A program made the position numbers and the translations under genes. 64,000 nt of DNA, from NCBI GenBank assembly GCA_965216465.1, contig CBDCFW010000004.1:224001-288000 (forward strand), written 5' to 3'. The notes below the pieces were generated by a model. That model saw nothing but the letters and a program-made list of their open reading frames with translations. It did not search any database and was not told the DNA's origin. Origin of the DNA: Bacteroidia bacterium. Its GTDB lineage: Bacteria > Bacteroidota > Bacteroidia > NS11-12g > UBA9320. The stretch's first letter is position 1; each line of letters begins with the position of its first letter. Shown here piece by piece: positions 37,197 to 48,543 of this stretch.

Positions 37197-40100
37197 ATGG
37201 AAAATACACCAGCTTATACCCCAAATAATAAAGTTAGAGTTGTTACTGCAGCTTCTCTGTTTGATGGACACGATGCCGCTATTAATGTTATGCGTCGTAT
37301 TATTCAAGCAACAGGTTGTGAGGTAATACATCTTGGCCATGATAGAAGTGCTGAAGAAGTAGTGAATACTGCAATTCAGGAAGACGCTAACGCTATCGCC
37401 ATGACTAGCTATCAAGGGGGACATAATGAATATTTTAAATATATGTATGATCTGCTTAAAGAAAAAGGGGCAGGCCATATTAAACTCTTCGGTGGAGGAG
37501 GTGGTACTATTCTTCCTTCAGAAATTGAAGATCTAGAGAACTACGGTATCGCAAAAATCTACCATCCAGACGATGGAAGAGCTATGGGGCTGCAAGGTAT
37601 GATTAACGACCTTGTTCAAAAATCTGATTTTCCAACCGGTTATGGATTGAATGGTGAGGTAGAAAGCTTTAGAGATCGAAATAAGATGTCGATTGCTAAG
37701 GTCATTTCTGCGGCAGAAAACTTTCCTGAAGAGAACAAAGCACTACTTGATGGCATTAAGGCTGAAGCTCAGGCTATTAGCACTCCAGTTTTGGGAATCA
37801 CAGGTACAGGTGGAGCAGGTAAGAGTAGTTTAGTTGATGAATTGGTACGTCGATTTTTATTAGACTTTCCAGAAAAGAACATTGCCATTATTTCTGTTGA
37901 TCCTTCAAAAAGAAAAACGGGTGGGGCACTTTTGGGTGATCGAATTCGAATGAATAGTATTCGTAACGATCGTGTTTATATGCGCTCATTGGCAACGCGT
38001 CAGGCTAATCTAGCACTTTCAGCTCATATCGATACGGCGAAAGACATTCTCAAGGTAGCAGGTTACGATTTGATTATTCTTGAAACATCAGGTATTGGTC
38101 AAAGTGATACGGAAATTACAGACCATAGTGATTTAAGTCTGTATGTGATGACACCTGAGTATGGGGCGGCTACACAGTTGGAGAAAATTGACATGCTTGA
38201 TTTTGCAGATGTCATTGCCATCAACAAGTTTGACAAGCGTGGAGCTCTGGATGCCTTGCGTGATGTAAAAAAACAATTTCAACGCAACCACAAAAGGTTT
38301 GAAGAAGATGCTGATACAATGCCTGTTTATGGCACAATTGCGAGTCAATTTAATGACCCTGGCGTTAATGCATTGTATGCTAAGCTGATTGATACGATTA
38401 ATACAAAAACTGAACATCAGTTTGACACTTCATACTCAACCGAACAAGAGCTCTCTGAGAAGATATACATCATCCCACCGAAGCGTGTTCGATACCTTTC
38501 TGAAATTGCAGAGAATAATAGAGGCTACGACGAGTGGGCTAAAAAACAAAGTGAAATTGCTCAGAAGCTGTATGGACTAAAAAAGACTATCAGCACCATT
38601 CAAGAAACAGCAGTTACAGACGGAGACCGCTTGATTAAAGATCTTGAAGAAACCTATAGCAAGATTGCCTTGGACTTTGATCCAAAGTTGCAAAAATTGA
38701 TTGATGAATGGGATAGTATAAAAGAAGCATATGCCAACGATATTTACACTTACCTGGTACGTAACAAGGAGATAAAGGTTGAAACTAAAACTACTTCATT
38801 ATCGCACCAAAAAATCAGTAAGGTTGCTTTACCAAAATACGAAGCCTGGGGAGATGTATTGCGGTGGAATTTGCAAGAAAATGTTCCTGGGAAGTTTCCG
38901 TTTACAGCAGGTATCTATCCATTTAAGCGACAAGGTGAGGACCCTACTCGAATGTTTGCGGGAGAAGGTGGTCCTGAAAGAACGAATAAACGTTTTCACT
39001 ACCTGAGCAGCGATATGCCTGCAAAGCGATTAAGTACGGCATTTGACTCGGTTACTCTATATGGTAATGACCCAGACTATCGTCCTGATATTTACGGTAA
39101 AATTGGAAATGCAGGTGTAAGTATCTGCTGTTTAGATGATGCTAAAAAACTCTATTCTGGATTCAACTTGGCAAATCCTATGACTTCAGTGTCTATGACG
39201 ATTAATGGTCCAGCTCCAATGTTGTTGGGTTATTTTATGAATGCAGCAATTGACCAGCAATGTGAGATCTACATCAAAGAAAATGGGCTAGAGGATGATG
39301 TCAAAAAGAAAATTGATGCTTACTTCAAGGAACGAAATTCAGAACAACCTAAATACAATGGTGAGCTTCCAGCAGGGAACGATGGTTTAGGATTGATGTT
39401 ACTTGGTTTGACCGGTGATAAAGTATTGCCAGCTGAGGTATATGCCGAAATCAAAAAGAATACCTTAGCTCAAGTGAGAGGAACTGTTCAGGCAGATATT
39501 CTAAAAGAAGACCAAGCTCAAAATACATGCATTTTCTCAACGGAGTTTGCCCTTCGACTAATGGGTGATGTTCAGCAGTATTTCAATCAAAATAATGTAA
39601 GAAACTTCTATTCTGTTTCTATATCAGGTTATCATATAGCAGAAGCTGGAGCAAATCCAATTACTCAATTGGCATTTACTTTAGCTAATGGATTCACTTA
39701 TGTAGAATACTACTTAAGTAGAGGAATGAATATCAACGACTTTGGGCCAAATCTAAGCTTCTTTTTCTCGAATGGAATTGATCCAGAGTATGCAGTAATT
39801 GGTAGAGTTGCTCGTAGAATTTGGGCTAAAGCCATGAAGTTGAAATACGGAGCTAATGAGCGAAGCCAAATGTTGAAATACCACATTCAAACAAGTGGTA
39901 GAAGTTTACACGCTCAAGAAATCGACTTTAACGATATAAGAACTACGTTGCAGGCACTTTATGCAATTTATGACAACTGTAACAGTTTGCATACCAATGC
40001 GTACGACGAGGCAATTACTACACCTACTGAAGAGAGTGTGCGACGAGCGGTAGCCATTCAACTAATTATTAATCGTGAATTGGGTCTTGCTAAAAATGAG

Positions 40101-40577
40101 AACCCATTGCAGGGTTCATTTATTATTGAAGAGTTGACTGATTTAGTTGAAGAAGCTGTGTTGCAAGAGTTTGATCGAATTACTGAAAGAGGGGGGGTGT
40201 TAGGAGCTATGGAAACGATGTACCAACGTAGTAAAATTCAGGAAGAAAGCTTGTATTACGAAACACTTAAACATACTGGCGAATACCCAATTATTGGTGT
40301 AAACACTTTCTTGAGCTCTAAAGGATCACCAACCATCTTACCGAAAGAGGTAATAAGAGCTACAGAAGATGAGAAGAAATTCCAGATCAATACATTGCAG
40401 TCGCTTAATACCCGCAACGAAGAAGAAGCGAATACTCAGCTTAAGAATATACAGCAAGTTGCATTAGACAATGGAAATGTATTTGAAGCTTTGATGGAAG
40501 TTTCGAAGTATTGTTCTCTCGGACAAATTACGAATGCTCTGTTCGAAGTTGGTGGCCAATACCGACGAAATATGTAA
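37197..40577 (+). CDS. icmF: Fused isobutyryl-CoA mutase / MeaB-like GTPase chaperone
   Basis: 1126 aa; B12-binding FDGHDAA, GTPase GTGGAGKSS / VDPS / ETSGIGQ / NKFD, mutase domain with TRMFAG (Phe, ICM-type rather than the Tyr of MCM), ends GQYRRNM. Confidence 0.93.
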   Translation: MENTPAYTPNNKVRVVTAASLFDGHDAAINVMRRIIQATGCEVIHLGHDRSAEEVVNTAIQEDANAIAMTSYQGGHNEYFKYMYDLLKEKGAGHIKLFGGGGGTILPSEIEDLENYGIAKIYHPDDGRAMGLQGMINDLVQKSDFPTGYGLNGEVESFRDRNKMSIAKVISAAENFPEENKALLDGIKAEAQAISTPVLGITGTGGAGKSSLVDELVRRFLLDFPEKNIAIISVDPSKRKTGGALLGDRIRMNSIRNDRVYMRSLATRQANLALSAHIDTAKDILKVAGYDLIILETSGIGQSDTEITDHSDLSLYVMTPEYGAATQLEKIDMLDFADVIAINKFDKRGALDALRDVKKQFQRNHKRFEEDADTMPVYGTIASQFNDPGVNALYAKLIDTINTKTEHQFDTSYSTEQELSEKIYIIPPKRVRYLSEIAENNRGYDEWAKKQSEIAQKLYGLKKTISTIQETAVTDGDRLIKDLEETYSKIALDFDPKLQKLIDEWDSIKEAYANDIYTYLVRNKEIKVETKTTSLSHQKISKVALPKYEAWGDVLRWNLQENVPGKFPFTAGIYPFKRQGEDPTRMFAGEGGPERTNKRFHYLSSDMPAKRLSTAFDSVTLYGNDPDYRPDIYGKIGNAGVSICCLDDAKKLYSGFNLANPMTSVSMTINGPAPMLLGYFMNAAIDQQCEIYIKENGLEDDVKKKIDAYFKERNSEQPKYNGELPAGNDGLGLMLLGLTGDKVLPAEVYAEIKKNTLAQVRGTVQADILKEDQAQNTCIFSTEFALRLMGDVQQYFNQNNVRNFYSVSISGYHIAEAGANPITQLAFTLANGFTYVEYYLSRGMNINDFGPNLSFFFSNGIDPEYAVIGRVARRIWAKAMKLKYGANERSQMLKYHIQTSGRSLHAQEIDFNDIRTTLQALYAIYDNCNSLHTNAYDEAITTPTEESVRRAVAIQLIINRELGLAKNENPLQGSFIIEELTDLVEEAVLQEFDRITERGGVLGAMETMYQRSKIQEESLYYETLKHTGEYPIIGVNTFLSSKGSPTILPKEVIRATEDEKKFQINTLQSLNTRNEEEANTQLKNIQQVALDNGNVFEALMEVSKYCSLGQITNALFEVGGQYRRNM

Positions 40578-40580
40578 TTG

Positions 40581-41435
40581 TTAATACGTATTCGTAACAT
40601 CTTCATCAACAACGATGATGAAGTCTGCTTTTCCTTCGTGTGCTGAATCTAAAGTGTTTATATCAGACTGAACAACAGTTGAGATGTTTGCACATTTAAA
40701 CTCAGGATTTAACAAGTTCAAATACCACATTATCCCTTCTTTGTAGTCGCTATGAAATGAACCGTTATAGTGCATAAATAGATGGTCTTTTTGATAATTC
40801 ATTGCAATAAAGTGAGCCATGGTAGCGTCTTTAATAGCCTGTGCCATAACCAACCTTGGAGAACCATGATCACCCATCATTTTTAGTATACTTTGATAAG
40901 TAGGTAATTCAGGGTCAAATGTTATTGGTAAAGGTGCCATCCAGCTTTTTTCGAGGTTGGTGAGCGTATCCAGAGCTTCAAATCCTCCTTTGTATACTTT
41001 ATTAGCATAGCGTCGTGGAATATTAGTGGCAGCAAATCTTAGTCCGTTTTCTTTGGCATAATTAACGAGCGGAGCGTAGTCAGTTTTGTAGTTATTCCAA
41101 AGTCGAGCCAGTGTATCTAATCCTTTTTGGTCAATAGAATCTTTTAAATATAGTTGAAGTGCTTCTGCATTATCTGCTTCAAACATTTCAGCCCCTAATT
41201 GTAAATCCCTTGTTTGGTCTAGATCCTTCGTGAGCTCAAGTTGCAACCAGTGAGCAATGGCATTATTATGTAACTCACCAAAGAATACCACATCTTGCTT
41301 TGCCATGTGCTTCATCATCTTTTTATAAGTTGTTGATTTTCCATTGGACTTATAAATTTTGTATGCAACCTTTTTTTGAGCAAAGGCACTTAAAAGAAAG
41401 AAAAGTGCTGAAAATAAGAGGATTGATCTTTTCAT
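40581..41435 (-). CDS. ChaN family (haem-binding/iron-regulated) exported protein
   Basis: DVVFFGELHNN, LGAEMF, W.NY..DY.PL, ATNIPR, AQAIKDATMA, NGSFHS. Confidence 0.85.
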   Translation of the reverse strand: MKRSILLFSALFFLLSAFAQKKVAYKIYKSNGKSTTYKKMMKHMAKQDVVFFGELHNNAIAHWLQLELTKDLDQTRDLQLGAEMFEADNAEALQLYLKDSIDQKGLDTLARLWNNYKTDYAPLVNYAKENGLRFAATNIPRRYANKVYKGGFEALDTLTNLEKSWMAPLPITFDPELPTYQSILKMMGDHGSPRLVMAQAIKDATMAHFIAMNYQKDHLFMHYNGSFHSDYKEGIMWYLNLLNPEFKCANISTVVQSDINTLDSAHEGKADFIIVVDEDVTNTY

Positions 41436-41564
41436 TTATCGGATTAACTTGAGGTCAAAATTATCCAATAAATTGAGAAGAGAATGGAATCTAGTTTCAT
41501 CATGACATTAATTCAACGCAATGAAACGAGAAATAAACAAAGTCAATAGTATATTTGATAGCCA

Positions 41565-44500
41565 ATGAAATTCAGATTTTTACTCCTTGGCTTTCTGTTT
41601 TCATGCTGTATTTCTGTCAATGCTCAGGTTTCTCAAGTTGGGGAAGGAGCATTTCTGAGAAGCGATATTGGACCAATGTTCAACGATACTGTTGCAAACA
41701 GTTTTGGTCGCTTTGCTTACATCTATAACAATCAAACCTTGCCAGACCTTCGTCACGGCGACACAATTACTGGAATTTCATTTATGCACCCTAAGGGAGA
41801 GGGTCTTGTAGGCAATACAAACCTTAAAATCTATTTAAAATCAACGGACCAGGCCGATTTTGGTGCAGGTAGCTTAAACTGGTTGGCCGAAACTAGAAAT
41901 GGAATGGCCTTGGTTTATGATGGTGATCCAAAAAACGAGTTTTCATCATCATTGGGCTTTTCTACTTTTACATTTAATCAGTTACAATATGAGTTTGACA
42001 CTTCTGGTGGTGCTGTCCATCTTCAAGTATTAGTTGAATACACTCAAGAAGATGCACAGCTAGAACGAAAAATGTGGTTCTGTGAAAGCAGCTTTACTGT
42101 TTCCGAATTTAATTCAACCAACGAATCAAAGTATGTTAGAGGAGTAGGAGCTTTGGATAGCATCTGTAATCTTTCGTCAATTATTAAACCGACTGTTCGC
42201 CTTTATTACCCCCGAGATAGCTTTGATTTATATATAGATCATGCTTTTGGCCTAAAACGTGTTCCTCAGGTAAAGAATAATGGGCGTGATATATCGGCCA
42301 AGGTTTACAACGCTGGTAAAGCTAAATTGTATAATTACCCGGTTTATCTTCAGTCTACAGGTGCCAATAATTTTAGAGATACATTTACGATCGACTCGTT
42401 GAGCATAGGTGAATATGCATACATTCAATTTGAAAACTATAAGCCAGTATTTTTAGGATCTGACCAAATTGTTATTAGTGTTGATGAGCAAGAAGGTTCT
42501 ATGAATTCTAAGTCATTTAATCGTGAAGTTAATTACGACTTGTTTTCATATTCAAATTCAAACAGTGCGGCATCAAGTTTCTTTGGGTCGGATGAAAAGA
42601 AGGTTGGAGTTTTAGCTCGCTACAATACAATAGGCATTGACCAACTTACCGATGTAGAAATAAAATTTAATACCATAGGTCGTAAATTCAAAATTGTGGT
42701 ATGGAGTGCACTTAATGGTGAGCCTGATACGCTGCGGTATGAATCGTTAGTGAAGGAAACAGCTCTAGGAGTGAGCCGTTATACCATTCCTCCTATTGAA
42801 GTTAAAGATGATTTTTTTATTGGCGTGGTGCAAGATGAAGCTCAATCGATTGGATTGGCTTACGAAGACCAACTTCCACTGATTCCAGGAACGTTCTATT
42901 ACAAGGAAAACCCAACAGATACCAATTGGTCTGATTTTTCAACCTTTGAACCCAATGCGTTTAGTATTAATCCGATAATAAAGTCGGCTAACGATATTAA
43001 AGCACTTGAGATAATGGGTGTATCAGATAACGATAGTTTTGCCTTAGACCCTTCCGATTCGATTACTGTAGGCATTAAACTGGCTAATTTAGGAAGCTTC
43101 ATTCAATCTGATTTTGGTATTTCGTTACGCTTAATTAATCGCTTTAATCAGGTGGTTTATAGTGATAGTATTACCGAATCTCTTGGGCTCTCTGACACAT
43201 CAACATTTTGGTTCGACCCAATAAGCCAAAATACGGCTGGGGCTTTTAAACTAGAAATTGAAACTGTATCTCAATTTGACAAAATTGAAGGAAACAATGA
43301 ACTTCAACTCGAATTTACCGTTGCCAAAGAAACGGATGTTGCTATCAGCACAGTGTTTAGTCCAACTCCAACAGATTCTTTTCAAATCAATATGGATGGA
43401 TTTATGCCCAGCATTCGTGTGATTAATTTTGGTTCTAAGAAACAAATCAATATACCAGTTACAGTTCAATTGTTGAAGAATGGAGAAGTACTTTCTTCTG
43501 AAACACAATTCAGTTCACTTCAGCCTAATTTCAGTGAGATTATGGTATTTGATTCTATATATCCTTCAGAACCGGGGGATTTAGATTTTATTGCTTTTAC
43601 CAGTTTAGCTCAAGACAGCTTTAATCTCAACGATACATTCAGAGTACCAATTTTTGGAAAGGTTCAGGATGACATTGCAGTTGATAGTACTTTACTTCCC
43701 AGAGCTGGAGAGCGGTACTTGATAAATCAGAATCATACACCATTTGTTACTCTGGTAAATAATGGAGAAGCTACGCAGATAAATTTTAGTACGAAGTTTC
43801 GCATTTTAAATAAATCAGGGAAGGTTGTATTTCGCGACTCGATAATAACTTCCATTCAAGCGTTAGACTCAAGAACGCTGAGTTTTAATCATTTCAATAT
43901 TTCTACACCGGGCCATTATGTAGCTCGTGTTATCGTTGTAAATCCACAGGATCAGAACAAAAAGAACGACACTTTAGATGTTCCTTTTCAATTAGTGCAG
44001 AACAACAATCTTGAAGTAACGCGGTTAAACTTTCCGAGTTCGGAACAAATTGTGGCGAAGGGCACAGTTGAAACTCAACCTTCGGTGATTTTGACCAATC
44101 CAGGATTTGTTTCAGCAGGAAATGTACCTGTAATACTGTTTGTTACAGACGAGTCTAGTAACCTTCAGTATCGTGATACAATCGAAGTTGATATTGAACA
44201 GGGAAGTTCAAAGACTTATTCTTTCAATAAGCTACTAAGTTTTCACAGCGTTGGAAGCTTTAATATTGAAGTCTATCATAAGTGGCAAAATGAAGCCTTA
44301 TTCAGTTCCAACGATAGCTTAAACTCATCTTATCTGGTTTTGAACAAGAACGATCTAAGTGTTGTACAAAACATTACTCCAATTGATAATGATAGTATTC
44401 TACTAAATGATTTAATCAATGTGAAGGCCAACATTAAAAATATTGGAATTGATACGATTAAAGATATTAAGCTATTTGTTGATGTAATCAATCCGGACTT

Positions 44501-45281
44501 GGATACTGTGCTAAGAGACACGTTGTTCTTTGACGAATTAGCTTATAATGAAGATATTAACTTACAGTCTTCAAAGTTTTATGAGCCGCTAACTACAGGT
44601 AGGTTTACCGTGATATCTTCATATTTAGGTGAAGATGATAGTGCTTCTAATGACCAAGTTACCACTTACTTTAACGTGTATAAGGATTTAGATTTGGCTA
44701 TAGGAAAAGTGGTTTTTCCGCTTGATACGCATAAGGTCTACACCGGATTTACTTACAAACCAGAAGTGGAGATAGTAAACGAAGGTCTATTTTCAGTTGA
44801 ACTAGCGACTATAGGTTGCACGGTTTGGTTTGAAGATGATATTATTTACAGCTCAGCTCGCATTGTTGCAATCGATAGTGGAGAAAGATTAATTGTAGGA
44901 CTTGACAGCTCATTAATGCACGACGAAGTAGGTGAGGCGGTGATTATGTTTAATGTTATAGCACAAGGGGATGACTACTCATTCAACGATACCTTGTTCG
45001 CCACATTTGATTTTTCATCGAATGCACGCATTACAAAAGAATGGTTGCGGAATATTTCTGTTTATCCTAATCCGTTTAAAGATGAAGTTCATATTGAGTC
45101 AGAAGACCGAATAGATGAAGTTCGAGTCTATGATATGAGCGGAAAAGAAGTTTATCTGGATACTCCTCAAGGACAATTTTTTAGCATTAGTCTCAGCTTC
45201 TTACCTCCGGGAATTTATTATTTGGAGATGAGAAGCGGAGAAAATCAAGTTCAACGTAAGTTGCTAAAGCAGAGTAATTAA
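41565..45281 (+). CDS. Large T9SS type A cargo protein with tandem CARDB/Ig-like repeats
   Basis: Signal peptide; repeated D(I/L).(V/I)...P...N.G...NDT modules; CTD VYPNPF...LPPGIYYL...RKLLK. Confidence 0.82.
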   Translation: MKFRFLLLGFLFSCCISVNAQVSQVGEGAFLRSDIGPMFNDTVANSFGRFAYIYNNQTLPDLRHGDTITGISFMHPKGEGLVGNTNLKIYLKSTDQADFGAGSLNWLAETRNGMALVYDGDPKNEFSSSLGFSTFTFNQLQYEFDTSGGAVHLQVLVEYTQEDAQLERKMWFCESSFTVSEFNSTNESKYVRGVGALDSICNLSSIIKPTVRLYYPRDSFDLYIDHAFGLKRVPQVKNNGRDISAKVYNAGKAKLYNYPVYLQSTGANNFRDTFTIDSLSIGEYAYIQFENYKPVFLGSDQIVISVDEQEGSMNSKSFNREVNYDLFSYSNSNSAASSFFGSDEKKVGVLARYNTIGIDQLTDVEIKFNTIGRKFKIVVWSALNGEPDTLRYESLVKETALGVSRYTIPPIEVKDDFFIGVVQDEAQSIGLAYEDQLPLIPGTFYYKENPTDTNWSDFSTFEPNAFSINPIIKSANDIKALEIMGVSDNDSFALDPSDSITVGIKLANLGSFIQSDFGISLRLINRFNQVVYSDSITESLGLSDTSTFWFDPISQNTAGAFKLEIETVSQFDKIEGNNELQLEFTVAKETDVAISTVFSPTPTDSFQINMDGFMPSIRVINFGSKKQINIPVTVQLLKNGEVLSSETQFSSLQPNFSEIMVFDSIYPSEPGDLDFIAFTSLAQDSFNLNDTFRVPIFGKVQDDIAVDSTLLPRAGERYLINQNHTPFVTLVNNGEATQINFSTKFRILNKSGKVVFRDSIITSIQALDSRTLSFNHFNISTPGHYVARVIVVNPQDQNKKNDTLDVPFQLVQNNNLEVTRLNFPSSEQIVAKGTVETQPSVILTNPGFVSAGNVPVILFVTDESSNLQYRDTIEVDIEQGSSKTYSFNKLLSFHSVGSFNIEVYHKWQNEALFSSNDSLNSSYLVLNKNDLSVVQNITPIDNDSILLNDLINVKANIKNIGIDTIKDIKLFVDVINPDLDTVLRDTLFFDELAYNEDINLQSSKFYEPLTTGRFTVISSYLGEDDSASNDQVTTYFNVYKDLDLAIGKVVFPLDTHKVYTGFTYKPEVEIVNEGLFSVELATIGCTVWFEDDIIYSSARIVAIDSGERLIVGLDSSLMHDEVGEAVIMFNVIAQGDDYSFNDTLFATFDFSSNARITKEWLRNISVYPNPFKDEVHIESEDRIDEVRVYDMSGKEVYLDTPQGQFFSISLSFLPPGIYYLEMRSGENQVQRKLLKQSN

Positions 45282-45359
45282 GAAGTTTTTAAGCAGATAA
45301 TTTTAAAATCTGCCACATATTCTCATTTCTTTTTTAATTTTGGCTTAAATTGAAAACCA

Positions 45360-46001
45360 ATGAAATATTTCTTAACGATCTTTCTCCTAACCTCATCTGT
45401 ATTGGTATTTGCTCAGAATAGAGATTTGCCTGAAGTTGACGAAAACTTTGAAAAATATCTAGATGATGGTCAAAATACTGGTGCAGATGGGAATGTACAA
45501 GTTGCTGTTTCAGCATTAATTAATGGATTTATTGACGTTCAGTACGAACAAAAAATTAATCACTCTTTTTCAGTTCAGGCTGGAGGGGCATTGCAAATTG
45601 CACCCGGCTTTGATTTAGTTTCAGCCTTTTTTACCGATTTCGGGTTTAATGATCGAGAGCGGTTTGATGGAGGCTACGGATACAGTGGAACATTTAAATA
45701 TTATGCAGGTCAATCGGCAATCACGCGACTAGGATACGCTTCTTTGACCTATCGAAATAGAACAAGCAACTATGCTGAAGGTGAGTTTCAAGAAAGTGCA
45801 TATAAATATGCTGTAAACGATATTTATTATTCAACAGGTTTGAAGTTCCTTTTCGCTAACTCTGCAAGTGCTGATGTATCAACGGGAGTTGGGGCACGAC
45901 TAAGTAGGATAAACTACGCAGACAAGAATATTGATAGTGAATCAGGTCTTGGCTTGTTTTATGGATTAGAGGTTAAACTAGGATACTACATTAAATATTA
46001 A
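45360..46001 (+). CDS. Hypothetical outer-membrane beta-barrel protein
   Basis: Signal peptide, alternating amphipathic strands, C-terminal VKLGYYIKY; -7 box TAATTTTG at 45335-45342. Confidence 0.6.
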   Translation: MKYFLTIFLLTSSVLVFAQNRDLPEVDENFEKYLDDGQNTGADGNVQVAVSALINGFIDVQYEQKINHSFSVQAGGALQIAPGFDLVSAFFTDFGFNDRERFDGGYGYSGTFKYYAGQSAITRLGYASLTYRNRTSNYAEGEFQESAYKYAVNDIYYSTGLKFLFANSASADVSTGVGARLSRINYADKNIDSESGLGLFYGLEVKLGYYIKY

Positions 46002-46005
46002 GACG

Positions 46006-47718
46006 ATGAAAGCATTATTTACATTTATACTAAGTTTTACGGTTGTTCTTGCTTCGGCACAAAAGATTAAGGTCAGAGAGGAGCACGGGGATGTGTTTAA
46101 GACCAAGGGATTTAACATTGAAGACATTTTTGAACTATCTACAGGAGGATACTGGTCAATCGGTAGCCGATGGGAAGGTTCAGGACTAGGAGGCTTCGTT
46201 TCTTTTGTTAAAGCAAAAAAGATATACTACGTACAAAATTTTGATGAGGACATGAATTTCGCTGGTGAGAAGCGATTGAATCTTACGTTCATGGACAAAG
46301 ATCTTGTAATGAATAAAATTGTAAAGTTTAAAGGTGAGTATTACATCTTTTTAACTTTTGACAATATCGAGAAGAAGAAGACTTACCTGTTTTATGCCCT
46401 TTTTGATCATCACGACTTAAGAATTGATGGTGATTTGACCAAGGTAGCAGAAATTAGTTTAGGGTCTAAGGCAACAAATAGCTATCCGGGTTCTTTTGAT
46501 GTAAGTGTTTCTGATAACGAAAATTTCTTGGTGGTATTTGGAAACGAACCGGTAAAAATAAAGCGCAAGAAACGCAGGTTGTTTGGAAATCGTTCAAGTT
46601 CAAGTGGTTCTGATGTAGGAACTCATACATTTAAGTTTACTTATTGGGTATTAGACCGCGATTTTCAAATTGTAAACTACGAAAAGAAGCATGAATTAGA
46701 GATTGAAAATTCTTCAGATAAATTTTATGTTAGAGACTACGCAGTTGATGAAGAAGGAAGTATTTACATTTTAGGAAAGAATAGTATTGTTGATGAGCTT
46801 TCAAGAAGTGAGCGAAGAAAGAAGAAAACAAGTTCATGGAGGGAGTACAACAAATCAGCATTCATCATCGAGAAGATTGATATAGATGGTTTAACCTACC
46901 AACAAGCAACTCCTGAAGAAGAGTTTTTTATTGATATGGATATACTCTTTGACCAGGATGGAGACGTTAATCTCGTGGGAATAATTGGAGAACAAGTTTA
47001 TAGCCGATTAGTTACGACTGGTGTATACCGTTTACTTCTTGATAAGGACAACTTGGATGTGCTTTCAAGTGTGGGTTCAGAATTCGATGAGGAGGTTCTT
47101 GAGAATATTAATGACATTCAAGAAAGAGAGTCGAATCTTAGCAATAGAAGAAAGAGACGGGTTAAGAGGAGAGAGGCTAAAATGTCGAAGGAAGAGAAGG
47201 CCTATCGCGAAGTTGCCAAACGGGCTGCTCTAAATGCAAACTTCATTGCATTCTCTGGTATCGACGAAAATGGTGATGCCATAATCGTTTTAGAGGAGCA
47301 ACATCTAGAAATTGTTACGACTACCACGACCAACGCAAATGGTGTAACTACAACCACGACAACATATTATTATCACTATGATGATTTAATTATGGCTAAG
47401 TTTATAGAGGATGAAGTAGTACAGAATTACTACAAGAAGAGCTTTGTATCGGTAAACCGTCCTCTAACTAAGAGCATGGATGTAGCCCTTAAAGATGGAG
47501 AGGTAAACATCATGACTCAAGGACACATTGTAAAAGCAGACTACGAGCTTCAAGAGGTTCGTGATTATGAGCTTCAAGCCTTTAAAAGAAAAGATAGAAT
47601 TAAGGGTATGCGACGTAAAATGTTTACTTACCGTAAAACGATTGCCGACCAAAACGTAATTCTAGCTGCAGCACAGAATAAAAGGAAAATAGTTTGGTAC
47701 AAGATCGAAGTGCAATAA
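46006..47718 (+). CDS. Hypothetical exported protein (probable beta-propeller)
   Basis: 570-aa ORF, signal peptide ASA-Q, beta-rich, poly-Thr hairpin. Confidence 0.6.
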   Translation: MKALFTFILSFTVVLASAQKIKVREEHGDVFKTKGFNIEDIFELSTGGYWSIGSRWEGSGLGGFVSFVKAKKIYYVQNFDEDMNFAGEKRLNLTFMDKDLVMNKIVKFKGEYYIFLTFDNIEKKKTYLFYALFDHHDLRIDGDLTKVAEISLGSKATNSYPGSFDVSVSDNENFLVVFGNEPVKIKRKKRRLFGNRSSSSGSDVGTHTFKFTYWVLDRDFQIVNYEKKHELEIENSSDKFYVRDYAVDEEGSIYILGKNSIVDELSRSERRKKKTSSWREYNKSAFIIEKIDIDGLTYQQATPEEEFFIDMDILFDQDGDVNLVGIIGEQVYSRLVTTGVYRLLLDKDNLDVLSSVGSEFDEEVLENINDIQERESNLSNRRKRRVKRREAKMSKEEKAYREVAKRAALNANFIAFSGIDENGDAIIVLEEQHLEIVTTTTTNANGVTTTTTTYYYHYDDLIMAKFIEDEVVQNYYKKSFVSVNRPLTKSMDVALKDGEVNIMTQGHIVKADYELQEVRDYELQAFKRKDRIKGMRRKMFTYRKTIADQNVILAAAQNKRKIVWYKIEVQ

Positions 47719-47740
47719 TTACTTCATAAAAAATAAATTG

Positions 47741-47774
47741 AAAAGCCAGCAAATTAATTTTTGTTGGCTTTTTT
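47741..47774. terminator. Bidirectional intrinsic terminator
   Basis: AAAAGCCAGCAAA...TTTGTTGGCTTTT between convergent genes. Confidence 0.75.
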
Positions 47775-48489
47775 AGTGGATGTGAAAATTCACGGCTAAC
47801 AAAGCTACAATCAGACCAATTGCAATCGCTAGAAGCTTGTGTTTTCCATAGGTGTGACTTTCATTGTTCTCAAATAATATAGTTGTAGAAATGTGTAGGA
47901 AAACACCAATTACAACAGCAATTACAGCTGTAAACGCTTCGCTGTACTCAACAAACTGACGGCCTATTAGCATTCCAATAGGAACCATCAGAGCGTAGAA
48001 TGTGATCCACATATAATTGCGTTTTGCTTTTTCTAAAACACTCTTTAAAACCACTGCAAGTGCAAATGCCGCTGGAATTTCATGTAATCCAATGGCGAAT
48101 ACAAGATTGTTTCTTGTTTCCTCAGAGAACGCATCTCCACCAAGGCTAAACCCTTCTAATACTGCATGTAAGCTTAACGCCAGAAACACGGTGATTGGAA
48201 ATCCTTTCTTTAGTTCGTGAATGTGCAAGTGGCCATGTTCAATTCCTTTGCTGTAAAAATCGGTGACGATTTGCAAGAAGAAACCTGCGAGAATGTAATA
48301 ACCAGCTTTGTGTCCAAGTTTTTCAAATACTTCGGGTAGTAGATTAAGCACCGTGATGGAAATAAGGAAAGCACCACTGAATGCCAAGAATAGTTTCAGT
48401 TGCCGTGTATTTGTTGAATTAATATTCAAGCCAACAACTCCTCCAAGAAATGGAAAGAAAAACAATAGAAATATCCACCAAAATTGCAT
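47773..48489 (-). CDS. ZIP family metal transporter
   Basis: LAFSGAFL, LLPE, His-rich loop EHGHLHIH, LHAVLEG, LHEIP, FLHIST. Confidence 0.9.
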   Translation of the reverse strand: MQFWWIFLLFFFPFLGGVVGLNINSTNTRQLKLFLAFSGAFLISITVLNLLPEVFEKLGHKAGYYILAGFFLQIVTDFYSKGIEHGHLHIHELKKGFPITVFLALSLHAVLEGFSLGGDAFSEETRNNLVFAIGLHEIPAAFALAVVLKSVLEKAKRNYMWITFYALMVPIGMLIGRQFVEYSEAFTAVIAVVIGVFLHISTTILFENNESHTYGKHKLLAIAIGLIVALLAVNFHIH

Positions 48490-48543
48490 GCGGGTGCAAG
48501 TTTAGCGAATAGAATTCAATTTGTGATTTCTAAGTTAAAAAAC

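Noticed and set aside
37080-37478. 132-aa minus-strand ORF overlapping the icmF start and sRNA copy 2
   Set aside because: Antisense shadow of icmF running through a terminator hairpin; no counterpart in copy 1.
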